NCBI GenBank assembly: GCA_905178155.1
Contig: CAJINV010000022.1
Location: forward strand, 641,073 to 705,072
Length of the DNA: 64,000 bases
Source: Amoebophrya sp. A120
Lineage: Eukaryota; Protista; Dinoflagellata
Reading direction: 5' to 3'
A program made the translations under genes and the position numbers. The notes under the pieces are model-generated. The model worked only from the letters and a program-made list of their open reading frames with translations, ran no database searches and was not told the DNA's origin. Numbering within the stretch: position 1 is the stretch's first letter; the number at the start of each line of letters is the position of its first letter. Shown here piece by piece: positions 35,885 through 49,005 of the stretch.

Positions 35885-38800
35885 ATGAACAGAAATCTAC
35901 CTAAAACCCAAACAACGATGCTGGGACGAAAAAACAAAACGTCTGCAGCTTCCAGCGGAGAGAATGCGTCACAGGAACCCCCAGCGACTACCTCACCAAA
36001 AGAGGCGTCGCCAACAAGCGCAAAGCCTGCCAAGCGAGGCCGAGGGCGGCCGAAGGGTAGTAAAAACAAGTGTAATAAAGAACCCACTCTAGCCCCAACG
36101 ACATCCAAACCGTCGCCGGGGACGCTGAAAAATATGACTTCAAAAGCGAACGAAAAGAAACCTTCTTCAACTACCTCCCAGAAAAAAAACCCACAAGTGA
36201 TCCAGAAACTGCCTGGCGGTAAAACTTCTGCAGAGAGGAGTGTGCAGCAAAACGTTGTGCAGCAGAAAACGGAAATTATTGTAGATGCAGCAGCTGAAAG
36301 TAGAAGTAGTGAGACCACTTTTTCTTCTTCTAGTACCGGTCAAGCAGGCGGGGCTTCTTCATCTTCCGCTTTATTCTTCCCTACCTCCTCCGGCAGGCAA
36401 AAGCACGGTTTGCATCCGGCAGGAAACAAAGACCACGCCGGCGATCTTGTTTCATCGGACAATGAGATCTCGACGACGCAGAAAGACAAGAATCCTCCGT
36501 CCTTCGAGCCACCCAGTGATCCTCCAACAAGTTCGACGGTTGGCGCATCCTCTGGAGTGGGTCTGAATTCGCAGACGAACTGCAGGATAATATCCGGAGC
36601 AAATAATTCGTCCCCACACAAGGGTCAAGATGAGGACTTTGCAACACAAATCTAGAAGCTCAGGAAGTCACGCATGACAAGTTGTAGTCCGTAGTGTAGA
36701 GTGCAGGTCAGACCACAGGACAGCTCCATTACAAATCCAGCTACTTATCCCCTGTACAACATATGCAAATTTAAGAACACGATTGACAGTTCCTGTCTTA
36801 GGGTTAGGGCTGCGCGTGGTCAGAAATAATCTTATCATTGCAAATCTGCATGACAACTCTGGGGTGAGGGCATTTTTCACTGTAATAGAAAATTCGCAAC
36901 ATCGCCGTCAATCCCGCAAAGAACCTGATTTATTTGAGTCCTCGATTATCAAAGTGAAAAAAATCCCGACGATCCCATATTCGAGAGACAATTTGTGTTG
37001 CTGGATTTGTGTACATCACAAATGAAGAACTTTGTATTGCAGCAATTGCTTCTTGCCGGCACATGCGAAGCCCGTTTGGGTAGTCCGCATTCGGCGAGTA
37101 GCTGAGCATGAGAAACAAGTCTAACATAAGCGATGGAAATGCATGACAGACTCGCTGCTCAATGCGCCACAATGTCAATGGTGCCCTTTGCCTTGTACGC
37201 AAGAAGAAGCTGCACTGTGGCCACAATAAATCAGCATCACAAGTTTCCTTTTCAATATGGGAGGGGGGATTTATTTTCCTCAGCATATTGGTGGCGCGTC
37301 GACTCCAACGGCAAACCAGTTGAACGACAGAAACTAATCGGTGAAGGATATCATTTATGAACTGCAAGAATATCGTACTCGTATAAATGCATGACAAATT
37401 CCCCCAGCATAAGAACTAAAATTTATAATGCGGATTTCCCTTGAGAAAAAAATTTGTAATGCAGGACTTGCATTTATACGAATACGATACTTTTGCACAG
37501 GATATCATTGGCGCCCGCCAGTCAGACGATGCAGCGATTACCCTCAGCTTCACCGCCCTCAATGCATGAACAAGTACGCGGTTATATCGAATAGAAAATA
37601 GATCCCCCCTCCCCAGCCATCTCAAAAGCAAACTTCTGGTGCTCAATTTGTGTACACAAATCCGAGCTGTCTTGCTGGAAACTGCTGCAGGCTGATACGA
37701 AATGTGAGTAGAGAGGTTTTACTAGGCGCTTTGCATATAAAATGTCCGCGCTGTAGTCCCAACAGCATGACAAACCGCCTGCATGATGCGGCGGAGCTTG
37801 CGGAGTTGCCTTCTTGCAAGACAGACACGATTGGTGACCACAAATCAGCATCACAAATTTCCAAAAGTGTACCTTTGCAGTATGGGGAGGGCGGATTTTT
37901 CCTTTTGATACGTTACACCACCACCGAGCTTTTCTTTTGATGCTGGTTTTCCACGACCAGGCAGTACAGACGACGAAGCAGGTGGTGATGAGAGTAGTAG
38001 TACAACTCCCGTCAAATACTACTACAACTACGCACAGCAGTCTTCTTCTTCCGAATTATCTTCTTCGACCGCTAGAAGTAATTCTTCAGGTGAACAAGAC
38101 GAGGAAGAACTTGAACTTCTGGAAGGAAGCGAAATAAAGGAAGAACATCGATTCGCTTCGGCGGCCTGCGAAATCGAAGAACAGCGAATGGAGGACGAGG
38201 AAGCCGAAGCTTCTCACGCCACCCCAGTAGCGAAACAAGAAGAAAAAACTAGTAAATCTTCGGCATTGAATTATAATTCTCCTTCCCTACTTCTATCGGA
38301 CGACACAAGATCACTGCTTGGAGACGCGGAGTTGGTTGGTGCGCTTGATCTCGAAGAAGACGAGGGTCATGAAGGGCAGTTGTACAAGATGAACGTGGCT
38401 GATGCAAAGACAACCTCCACGGGAAGATCCTTCACCTCGCAAAAATCGGCCAGCACCGTCGCTACAAATGTTCATCCGGTTGTCGAAACGAATTCTGGTA
38501 AAACAACCTCATCGACGACCTGTTCGACTTATTGCCTGAACGAGTCTGCTTCGACGACCTCTTCGTCTTCCTCTGGAGGTCTGCACAAAGCTAGTGGTTC
38601 GAGTCTTCCCTGCTCATCCGCTGCGAAGAACAGCAACCTCCCGGCTGTGTGCAAGCACGACGAAAAGCAGCGTAGTTCAGGAGTTCCAGTTGTTGGCAAG
38701 CACGACGAAATAAAGCGACATGATCTGAAAACTATTCCCGTGTCGATACAGCGGATGACGCAGCGCATGAGAAAGGCGGGTTTTATTTTGCAGCCGTCCA

Positions 38801-41576
38801 GGGCTCCTGGGACAACTACAGCTGCTGCTGCCGAGGTGAAGAATATTAAGCAGGCTGCGAAAGGAGGTGCTGCGCAGATGAATGAACTTCGAGAACGCGC
38901 TCCTGTCGCTGGACGCACCACGAAAGCGGTGCCGCCGAGCGACCACAAGGAACAGCTTGTGCCAGTGGTGGAGAGGACTAAGAATAGTGGAGCATCAAGT
39001 ACTTCTTCGTCTTCTTCCCCGGAACAAAAACGACAAACGACCAGTTTCTTGCAACATCAAACCATGGCTACTTCTTCGGGACTACAATCGATGAAACGAG
39101 ACCGGTACGACGAAGCTGCCCCAGATCGTGATCGCAAACTGTTGAAAAAACCTCGGACAACAACTTCCTCGTCGTGTGCGGACGAGTCTGGACCTGGAGG
39201 GGAAGGAACGAAAGATTCCACGAAAAGTCCACGTTCTACCGCTAGAGTGGCAAAAGGAATATCAAAGGGAAACAAAGCCGCTACTGTAAAGGAAAGCGCG
39301 AACCGGAACCTACAACCGGATGATCAGCAGGAGGCAAACCACGTCGGAGTTCCGCAGAAAACATCTTCGTGGAGGTCTGGCCCACGACCCGGGAGCAGCG
39401 GGCAAGGGAAAAACGCAGAGGGGAGGTCTTTGGAGGTTCAGAACGATTTGAGGACGACGATCGCCACCACCACCACCCTCAAGGTCGCCGGGACCGATGT
39501 TTTCAACGGCAAGAGGGGCCGCGCGGGCGACAAGAACAACCCCGTGGTAGAGAACAAGGCCTCTCAGATGAACTCCTCCTTCGAGAAGGCCGGCGCGGGT
39601 AAAGGCGGTGCGGAAGTTCTTGTTGTGGAAAAAAGTGTAGCTCAACAGGGCAAGGAGAACGAGTGCAAAACCGTCGTCGCGAAGATGGAAAGCACAGCCA
39701 CACGACCAAGCAGTGCGACGATTAAAGGTAAAGTCGCTGATAGAAGTACTAAGATGCAAGAAGGAGGACGGGAGCAAAGTGGGACTGACGTAGCGTCGTC
39801 GTCGAAAGAAGTGCGGGTGAACGTAGAAAAACGTTTAGTTCAACTATTTCTTACGGAACAAGGAGTGCTTTAGCATCTTTTTGTGATTTTGCATGAGCAA
39901 AGTGCATCCAAGTACAAGAAAAGGAGTTTGTGTTTGATATTGTTGTGCAAATTTGAAATGAATTGAATCATGGAACAAATAAAACCAAACAAAAATGAAA
40001 TAAACAGGTTGTTACTACCCTGCCGGCTGACACCACAATGAATAACGCTGTCCTGCTGGAGAAACAAGTCGACTTTCTTTACCTGATGTAAAATTGCCAT
40101 CACGAAAAACAACGCTCTTTCACTTTGTCGTGCATGTATGCAGGTAGACATTGACGTCTTTTTTGCGCAAAAGATAACAATTTGAGCATGAGTTTTGCAT
40201 TTCCTTTTCCATCCATGAGAAATCCCAAAACAATATTAAAACAATGATGTCAATTTCGCACCGCATAGTCCGCTAGAGCATAATCCGCTGTATCGGGGGC
40301 CCCCGCCGGGAATTCCGAAGCTCCGCGAGGACGCGTACTTACTTCATGTTGGTGAGTTGTAATGATGCGAGATGGCAGCAGTTTGTATGATTTTTTTTAG
40401 TGTACAGTACAACTAGAACTACCGCCGCGCTTTATTATTTTCAAGCGTGGTGGGGGGTTATCAATCACAGCTTGAGCTACCAATCCTTACCTGGAGAACA
40501 GACCGCTGCATGAAATGAAATTTGTAATGCCATCAAACTCGACAATACACAGGTTGCGCAGTTATGTGGCCAAGGACATTCTCGCGAACACCGTATCCTG
40601 CGTAAAAACGTCCCCAGCACCCGATTCGATAGTCGAAGTTGTCATGCAGATTTGCAATTGCAGGAAAACATTTATCATGCGCATCCCCATGAGAGCCATT
40701 TTCGATCGTGTTTTGAAAAAATTCGTAATTCTGTATAATAGCATGAGGAGATGGATTTGCACTGCAACTGTCCTTGCTAACCCCCACTAGTACTACACTA
40801 TGGATTGCAACTTGTCATGCGGCTGACTCTCAAACCTTCCAGGTTTGCGTTGCAAAACCCCCAGCTTGACTGCGGAGTGGGGATGTCTTTGCTCAGGATA
40901 CACCCCCCTCGAGAAGCACAACTCTGTGAGCACCGCCATCTCCATATCCTCTACAACAGTATCGCATTTGTACATGTAAACCCCAGCTAATAAAGTGGAG
41001 TTCGACATGGCAGATCTGGCTCAGTACTGCACTTTGGCATTACAAATTCAAATTTCCTTTCTTCTATTGTAGAAAAATAGAAAATAAATTTGTAATGCAT
41101 AAAATTGCAATCTCCATGTCAATGATGCGTCAGATACTTCTACGAATGCATATCCCACAAAAAACCCAGACCTTCTTCGGTGCGTTGGCCAGGTACAGCA
41201 AGTCCTGGGGTTTCATCAAGATGTATTGCAAGGAAAAATACCCCCTCCCCATATTGAACAGGTATGTTTCTGAAAATTTGTGTTGCTAATTTGAGGTCAC
41301 AAATCACATTTGTCTTGCAAGAAGACAAGGGCAGAGGCTTCCGTCCCATTATGGAAGCGATTTGTCATGCTGTTGGGCCTAAAGGGGAGCCGTTTCCCAT
41401 GCTGAACAACTAGACCCTGGGGATCTGGTCGCAGTGCCTCTCTGCAATACAAAGCTGATTTGTGTAGACAAATCCAGCATGAGAAATTCCGTTTTGTTAT
41501 GTGGAGGGGGGATTTTTCCTTGCGATAAGATGAGTGGGTCGTCGAAGACATCACGCTGACCCTCCGAAAACGCTAA
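35885..41576 (+). CDS. AT-hook-containing, largely low-complexity Ser/Thr/Lys-rich protein; multi-exon
   Basis: AT-hook KRGRGRPKGSKNK. Frame restored across 36591-36887, 36947-37287, 37356-37504 and 37585-37910 into the 561-aa ORF (38188-39873). Probably continues through degenerate introns (~39845-40235, ~40335-40560) and inserts 40594-40900, 40945-41152 and 41224-41527 to ...EDITLTLRKR-TAA (41574-41576). The extension beyond 39873 is less certain. Confidence 0.65.
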
Positions 41577-42930
41577 ATATGAACTGCAAAAGTATCGTAC
41601 TCGTAGTAATTGCAGTTATGCATTACCAATCTTCTTCTTAAAGGTAAATTAGCATATAGCAACAAAAGACGAAAAAGTAGTACAATTCCACCTTCTCTCA
41701 CAAGTTAAGACTTATTATCATTAAGCGTTCCTTTCGAATATAGGCTCTTTACAGCAAGACGTTTTTGCACTACCAGTTCTGCTTTTCTCATGAACGAGTA
41801 CGAAGTGGCTCTGTCAACTTCAAGCTGGTCTTTTTATTAAAGTAGCGACGGGTTTTCCCCTCTGTTCAAATACGACGATGAAGTAAACACACTTGAAAAT
41901 GCTGTAGATGCAAGCAGTGTAGTGGAGAAACCCTGGATCACGGAACTACGTGTATGTAAAATAATAAAGACTGTTGAGAGCTGCACGACTTTTGGTTTTG
42001 TTACAGATCGCTATGGAAATAGTTTCTTCTTCTACACACGATATCTAAAAATATTTTGCTCTTGCTCTCGCTAGAAAGCTACAGAATGATTTTCGGAAAC
42101 GTCAATGGTCAAAAGCTGGAAAAATCTAAAGAGCGATAAAGCTCTTGTTTCGTATTGCGAGGTCTCGGTTACTGTAGTGGCTGAAATAGAAGACACCAAG
42201 AAAACACAATAGGAATCGCAAGCTGCATTCGCGCTCCCTCGAAATGGCTGTACAAAAGAATACGTACACTTTTATTCGTTGCTTTGCCCTAATATTCTGA
42301 AACTGTATCATAGAACTATCTTCACCGTGTACTACTATCCTTTAATGCGAAGTCGTGCCAAGCTCCTGCGCCCTCTTGAAGTAAATCTCTGATGAGGGTG
42401 CATAGAGCTGGCGCGATATGCGTTTAAAAAATGTTAATACAGGGCTTAAAACGATTTCTTCTTCAAAGTTTGATTTTGTAGTTTCTACAGCTGATGAAAA
42501 AGTCTAGAGAATATCAACAAAGAATAATTTGTATACCTTGGAGGTACAACTACAAGTCTATGATTTTCACCTGCTTCAAGAGGAATAGACTTCTCGCGGT
42601 CGGTCCTGAGAGACGAGTAGGACAACCGCGGGTCAAAAAGTGCACCACGATGCGCTGCGCTTATTTAATAGAAAGCAGGTCCGAAAATCAAAATTCCGTT
42701 TAACTATTGCAAGAAAATCAGCAGAGAGAGGTGCCTCCTGCACAAATGTCGAGAGGACGTAAATCGGTGCCAAAAACAAGTCGGTTCCAAAGATCTTTGT
42801 CTCATCTCGTGTACTTTTCGTTTGATCATGATTTTGTGTTTTGACGACGACGGCAAAGCCAGAAATTATCGCCTTGATACTAGGGCCGAAGAAAGCAACC
42901 TGTCCTCACTAACCCGTCGGAGACGAGGTC

Positions 42931-45900
42931 ATGCGCAAGCCAAAGCTTGCCCACAGGATCTTCGAAAAATGGCAAAACTCGAAGGCGTCTCGTGTCTTCA
43001 CTGTCTGTTGTTCCCTTTCGTTGTTCCTGCATGACAAGTTTTTGCTTCCCTCGTCGGCTTTGACGATCCGAGCCGGGCGCTCCGATGGCAACAACGAAGA
43101 ACCTATCAAGTGCAAATATGTCTGGGTCTGGAAGAGTGTAAACTTGTCATGCAGAATTTCCATGCCGCCCCATGAGGTCTGGAATGCAGGACCTAGGATG
43201 TTGACAGATTCTGCGAGGTCTCTACCATGCCTGTCCTGCATGAGAAACTAACTCTCATGGTGTTCAGAAAAGGGCGACTTTTGGCGATCGCGCAAGACAG
43301 ATTTTTGTGTGATCCACCGGACGCATCACAAGTTCGATCCTTCCAGACCCAGATCGATATTTGCATTTGATAGAACCCGCGGTCGTGTACTCGGAGGACG
43401 TGTCATACCCGAAAGAGCGGTCTCTGAGCGGTGTATCCTGTGCAAAAGTATCGCACTCGTATTGCAATCATGCATTACAAATCTTTTTCTTGAGGTAAAT
43501 CCACATTACAAATTTTATTTCTCATGCTGAGGAAATTTGTGATGCATTTATACGAGTGCGATGCTTTTGCAGTGCATACGGTGGGGCAAGCTCCTATCCT
43601 GTGTAACAGTATCGCATCAGTACTACATCTGCCAGTGCAACTGCAAATTACAGTCGTGCATGACAGATTAGCTTTTTGACGTAAATCTCCATTACACATT
43701 CTTGCACCTTTGTCTTTGTGCTACAAAAAATTTGTAATGCCATTTTGACTTCTAGCACTAGTGCGATACCTTTGCAATGCATAAGTCCACCGAAGCCGAC
43801 AATCCCGCCCCGTATGACGGACAGTACTGTCGCGGCGGTGCTTGCCGTATGAGCGTGCACCACCCCCCCTCGTCCCCCCAATTTGTATGGAATGAACGGC
43901 AGGCAATACAGCCGTCGGCAAAAGTGCAGGTTTTGCATGACAAATTCACTCAGGATCATTGTCATGCTGTTTGAGGAGCTGCCAGAAATATTACAAAAAC
44001 CTGGCATGCAAAAAGTGCCAAGAGGCATCAAAGGGTGGATTTGTTACTTCGCTTGACAAACGAGGGGGAGCAGGGGGGGTTGTCCACTCTTATATGCCAG
44101 TACCGAACCCCACCGCCGCCATATCAAATGCAAAAATGTTTGGGTCTGGAAGAGTGTAACTTGTCATGCTACATCTAGATCGTGGAAAAATTTGTGTTGC
44201 ATGATTACCAAAAGAGGTCCAGTTTCGAACAAGTTTAGAGGCAGTTTCTCAAGCAGGAAAGGCATGATAGAGATCTCACAGAACCTGTCATGCTAGGCTG
44301 TGCATCCCAGACCGCGTGGGTCATGGAAAACCTCCATGACAAACCTAGCAATCTTCCAGACCCAGACATTTTTGCAGTTCATACACCAAAGCCCAAGCCG
44401 AAACCAGACGAACCACCCACCGTCGCAATTCCACCGGCCTTTGACGCTCCGGACAAGCGCGAGTTCTGCACCGGGCTGGGCTGCCTCGGCGGAATGGGTT
44501 TTCCGGTTGCGGCCAGCGCCGCAACCTTCAACGAAAACTGTGTGGAGCTGACCGATGTCATCGCCGGCGGATTCGAGGTCGACCCGTATGAAAAGTATCG
44601 CACTCGTATATAATGCATTACAAATTTCCTCAGCGTGAGAAATAAACTATGTAATCAATGCTGATTTACCTCAAGAAAAAGATTTGTAATGCAGGATTGC
44701 ATATACGATTGCGATACTTTTGCAGTTCATAACCCGCACTCCAAAACGGTCCGCTTGCGGCAAGCGCTTGCGAACTTCAACAAGTGGTGCACGGCGCGGG
44801 TTACTGCAGACGAGGCTGGTGCCTGCGCAGTGGCCTTCACCGACGATGCAAAGACGAAGAATGGCGAATATGCAGATGTGATGACCATGGCGCTTTCCAA
44901 CGTCGCAAAAGCGTCTGCGGTATGCATTGCAAAGGCATCGTACTAGTATGAATTGCATTACAACTTCGCTTAGCATTACAAATTGAATTTGTAATGCGGA
45001 TTTGCCTTGATAAAAAAATTTGTAATGCGTAAACGCAATTAGTACGAGTACGGTACTTTTGCATAGGATATGCGGTCGGGGACGTCTGCAGTGCTCTGGG
45101 CGGATTTTTGGGAGCAGCGAAGGCGGCACAGGATAAGCTCCAGCTGACATATCAAATGTAAAAGTGTCTGGGTCTGGAACATTCTAAACTTGTGATGCTG
45201 TCTCTGGATTCTGAAAAAATTTGTATGGCATGACCAGCAAGAGGACTCCAGGTTGTGCTACGCGGAGAGGTCATTTCTCATGCTGTAGAGGCATCACAAA
45301 GCGCTCTAAAAATCTGTGGTGCTACGGCATGCATCACAGACATCATGGGTCATGTAAAATATGCATGACAAATCTAGAAATCAATCAGACCCAGATATTT
45401 TTACATTTGATATGACAATGGAGAGCCTGAAATCAGCCGGGAATGCCATGCTGGATATCGGAAAGAAGATGAAATACAGGTACGGATGTAGGTGGGATGT
45501 AGGTGGGTACGGTATTGCTACTAGCGTTTGAGGGGCCACCCCGTCAAAAATTCGCAAGCATAGTGGCGGGGGAAGGAATGGCTAAGTGGGTCGCCACCCC
45601 GTGCAAAATCTCCAAATCTGCTGGAGGTGTTGCTACTAGGATTTGGGGGGTCACCCCGTCAAAAATGCGCGAGCATAGCATCGGGCGAGGGACTAGAAAC
45701 GGTAGTAGCATCGGGCGATGGGGCTTCGAAAAAAAAGCCACTTTCCCAGCTCCAAAGCACGGAAGAAAATCAAGTAACACACCATGCAAAATTAAAAACA
45801 GCGACGATTCGACAGCCACTTCTGCGCATATCAAATGCAAATATGACTGGGTCTGGACGAATGCAGGAGGTTGTCATGCAGGTTTTGCATGACCTATGAG

Positions 45901-48111
45901 GTCTGGAATGCGGCACCCAGCATGACAAATTCTGTGACATCTCAATCATGCCTATCCTGCATGGGAAATTCTCTGGCAGCTTGGTAAAAAAGGACGGCTG
46001 TTGGTAATCATGCAACACAGATTTTTTGCATGATTCAGATTTAGCATGACAAGTTGCCATCTTCCAGAGCCAGACATTTTTGTATTCCATAGTGCAGTCC
46101 GGAAACCAAGCCAGCGCCGTCCCGACCTCCAAGGCCAGTGCCAAATCCCAGATCGGGCTGACTATGCATTGCAACAGTATCGTCGCGCTACTAGGAGGAA
46201 TAGCATTACAAATTTTTCCCGAAGTAAAAATAGAATTTGTAATGCTGAATTCGCTAAGAACCCAGATCTGTCATGCATGCATGACTGCAGTTTACATGAA
46301 AACTACGGTACTTTTTGCAGAGCATACTGACCTGGTGGCAGCAGAAGCCTGGGCAATACGTGGGCGCGCCGCCGTGCGACACCTACGACGCACTCTATGC
46401 TTTGCAAACGTTTCTGGATCTGGAAGGTTGCAAGAAGAACTTGTGATGCCGCCTTTGGATTCCAAAACGATCTGCATTTTTGCATGACCAGCAAGAGGAG
46501 TCCATGTATAGTGCTGCGCGGACTGGGCATAGCGGGCTTTTCTCCATGAGAAGGACGACGGCCGCTGCTTAAAAATCTGTGATGCTAGGGCATGCATCAC
46601 GTTCACGGACGTCATGGGCTATAATGTGAAATATGCATGACAAACTTTGCACTTTTCCAGACGCAGACATGTTTGCAGCGGATACAGTCAAGTCTCCGCC
46701 GAAATCCTACCTGATCCGGGCATACGGAACAAAAAAGAAAAGTTTCTTTGATGCAGAGCTTGTTTGTCATGCGGGTTTTGCACCGCACTACAACTACTAT
46801 GTGAGCTTCAATTTGTCATGCTGTCCTTCGATAAAAATTGCGTGACGTTCTTACCAATCGCCCCCCTGCGCATGACGAACAGAGCAAGTAAAAAAAGCTA
46901 AAACATTTTCCTTTGCATATTGCTGGCCTGTATCAAATACAAAAATGTCTGGGTCTGGAAACTTGTGTTGCTGATACTTGCATTGCAAACTTGTTGCGTG
47001 TACGGCATAACAGCATGAGAAATTTCCCTCGGCTCCTTGCGGATTCATTCGTGTTTAGCACTACAAACTCCCACCCAGCACGACAAAAAAACTGGCCACT
47101 GGTATCCATGCATTACAGATCTTGTTGTCCTTGAAGTCCTGCATCACAAATCCAGACCCAGACATATTTGCAATGCATAGCCTGGAGATCTCGAGCCCGC
47201 TGTACGAGTTTTGCAACAAGCAGTTTGCTATGCTGTGCAAAAGTAGTATCGCAGTCGGTTTCCTTCTGCTCTACCCAGTTGTTCTGCATGTTGATAAATT
47301 GCATAATGTTTCCTTTTGGACAAACAGCACAAACTGGTCATGCATGTTAATACGAGTGCGATATTTATTTTGCAATGCATATTTGGGGAAATTTTCGGTG
47401 CTACGCCAACTACGGGCGAATCTGCGGCAACGAAGGTCAAGAACTGGTGTCGCTGGAAAGTCGCCAGCCAAAAGGTGGGGAAAGCGATATCGGGCGTCAG
47501 TGGTGACGGCTGGAGCAATCGCGACTGCAATGGCATGGTGAAATTTGTCGGGTTCGCAGTCCGGCACGAGTATCAAATGTAGAAATGTCTGGGTCTGGGA
47601 GTTTACCAGGTTTGTCATGCATATTTTACATGACTCAGGATGTCTGTAATGCATGATCTGGCATCACATATTTTTCGAGGCCTTCGTAACGCCTATCCCG
47701 CATGACAAATGCCCTCCCCGCGTAGCACAAACTGGGCTCCTATTGCTGGTCATGCAAGACAGATTTTTTTAGAGTCCAAAGTTAGCATCACAAGTTCCAA
47801 CCTTCCAGACCCAGACATTTTTACATTTGATAACGAGCTAGATCAGCCGATGAATCCGATGAAAATCTGCAAGAACCTGTTTGTGGCGCAGTCACTGACC
47901 AACCGGGTCCTATCCTGCGCAAAAGTATCGTACTCGTATTGCAATCATGCATTACAAATCAAATTTTGTTTATAGGTAAATCCGCATTACAAATTTTATT
48001 TCTCATGCTGAGAAAATTTGTAATGCATTTATACGAGTACGATACTTTTGCAGTTCATAGGTCCAAAGCCTCGTCGACAATGCGCTCAGTGCGCCAAGTC
48101 GCGAACGATAA
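42931..48111 (+). CDS. Hypothetical Cys-rich, probably secreted protein split by 15 or more introners
   Basis: Spliced translation includes YDGQYCRGGAC, AFDAPDKREFCTGLGCLGG, FNENCVELTDVIAGG, FNKWCTARV, LYEFCNKQF, VKNWCRWK, WSNRDCNGM and MKICKNLF; stop TAA at 48109-48111. Two junctions (~45480-45790, ~46720-46920) unresolved. Confidence 0.72.
43848..44094. mobile_element. Family G introner (247 bp; degenerate relative starting at 11511)
   Basis: TATGAGCGTGCACCACCCCCCCT...GGGGGGGTTGTCCACTCTTATA; TSD TGCCG/TGCCA. Confidence 0.75.
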
Positions 48112-49005
48112 GGATATAAACTCACTCATCGCAAATAGCATGACAAATAGCAGCAGAAGTAGTAAATATGTAGCTATGGTGCACACGACCTCCGCTGCAT
48201 ATGATGCATTCATTTTTTCCAGCTGAAGTTGTAATTCGAAAAAACCAATAAGGTTTGCTCTTTTCCAGGACGAAGTAAAAATTTAGAGCTCATGGAGCTA
48301 CAGCTAGTGCTAGTGCTACAGTATACAAGTACAAGTAAAACAACTCCTGCTCATTTATAGCTTTGTGCTTGTTAGCAGCAGCGGCTTCAGAATGTGTAGA
48401 TTCTGGTGCTGCGTTGAAGCTACTAAAAGATCAGCTGTTCATACTTCTTGTGTTCACGAAATATAATAGCCAAACCAGGCGAACGCAAGGAAGAACGGAA
48501 GATTGCTGTGCTGTGATGATGTGGTTTTGGTTTTAGTGATGCTGAAATCGAGAAAGACAAAATGATCCTTCATCTTTGTTGAAACTACAGATCCTGCTTC
48601 CCGTTTTTCGTTTGGGTGCAGATAATTGCCCACCTTCGTCGTTCTTGTTTTTTGATGAACAGGGACAAAGCATCGCTTCTTCACTCATAAGGCATATTTG
48701 ATGAAAGAAGTACTTACTTAAGCGATTCCTCCCGCTGTTGCGGCGTCCGCCGAGAGGCCGGTAGGAACCTCTCATGGGCCGTGAAGGACATACCTTCCGC
48801 GGCTCCGGATTTTTGAAGACCATGTAGCAGCGGAATAACGTCGAGGGTATTGTATCCAGGAGCAAATGAAACTGTGCCTCGCTCAGTGTGAATCTTTCCG
48901 AAGTTGAGTGAAAAGAACCACAAATTTTTTGTCTTGCATAATTAGCGGCATAAACGTCTGTCTTGGAGGGCTGGTGCGACGAGAAGAAGTACAAATATGT
49001 CTTCA

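Noticed and set aside
23475-39873. Stop-codon-reassigned genetic code as reported for one Amoebophrya isolate
   Set aside because: Long exons (298-561 codons) are free of in-frame stops and genes end at standard stops, so the standard code fits.
1388-42076. TCTCGCTAGAA upstream of two genes (1388, 42066) as a promoter motif
   Set aside because: Hundreds of identical 11-mer pairs are expected by chance in 64 kb.
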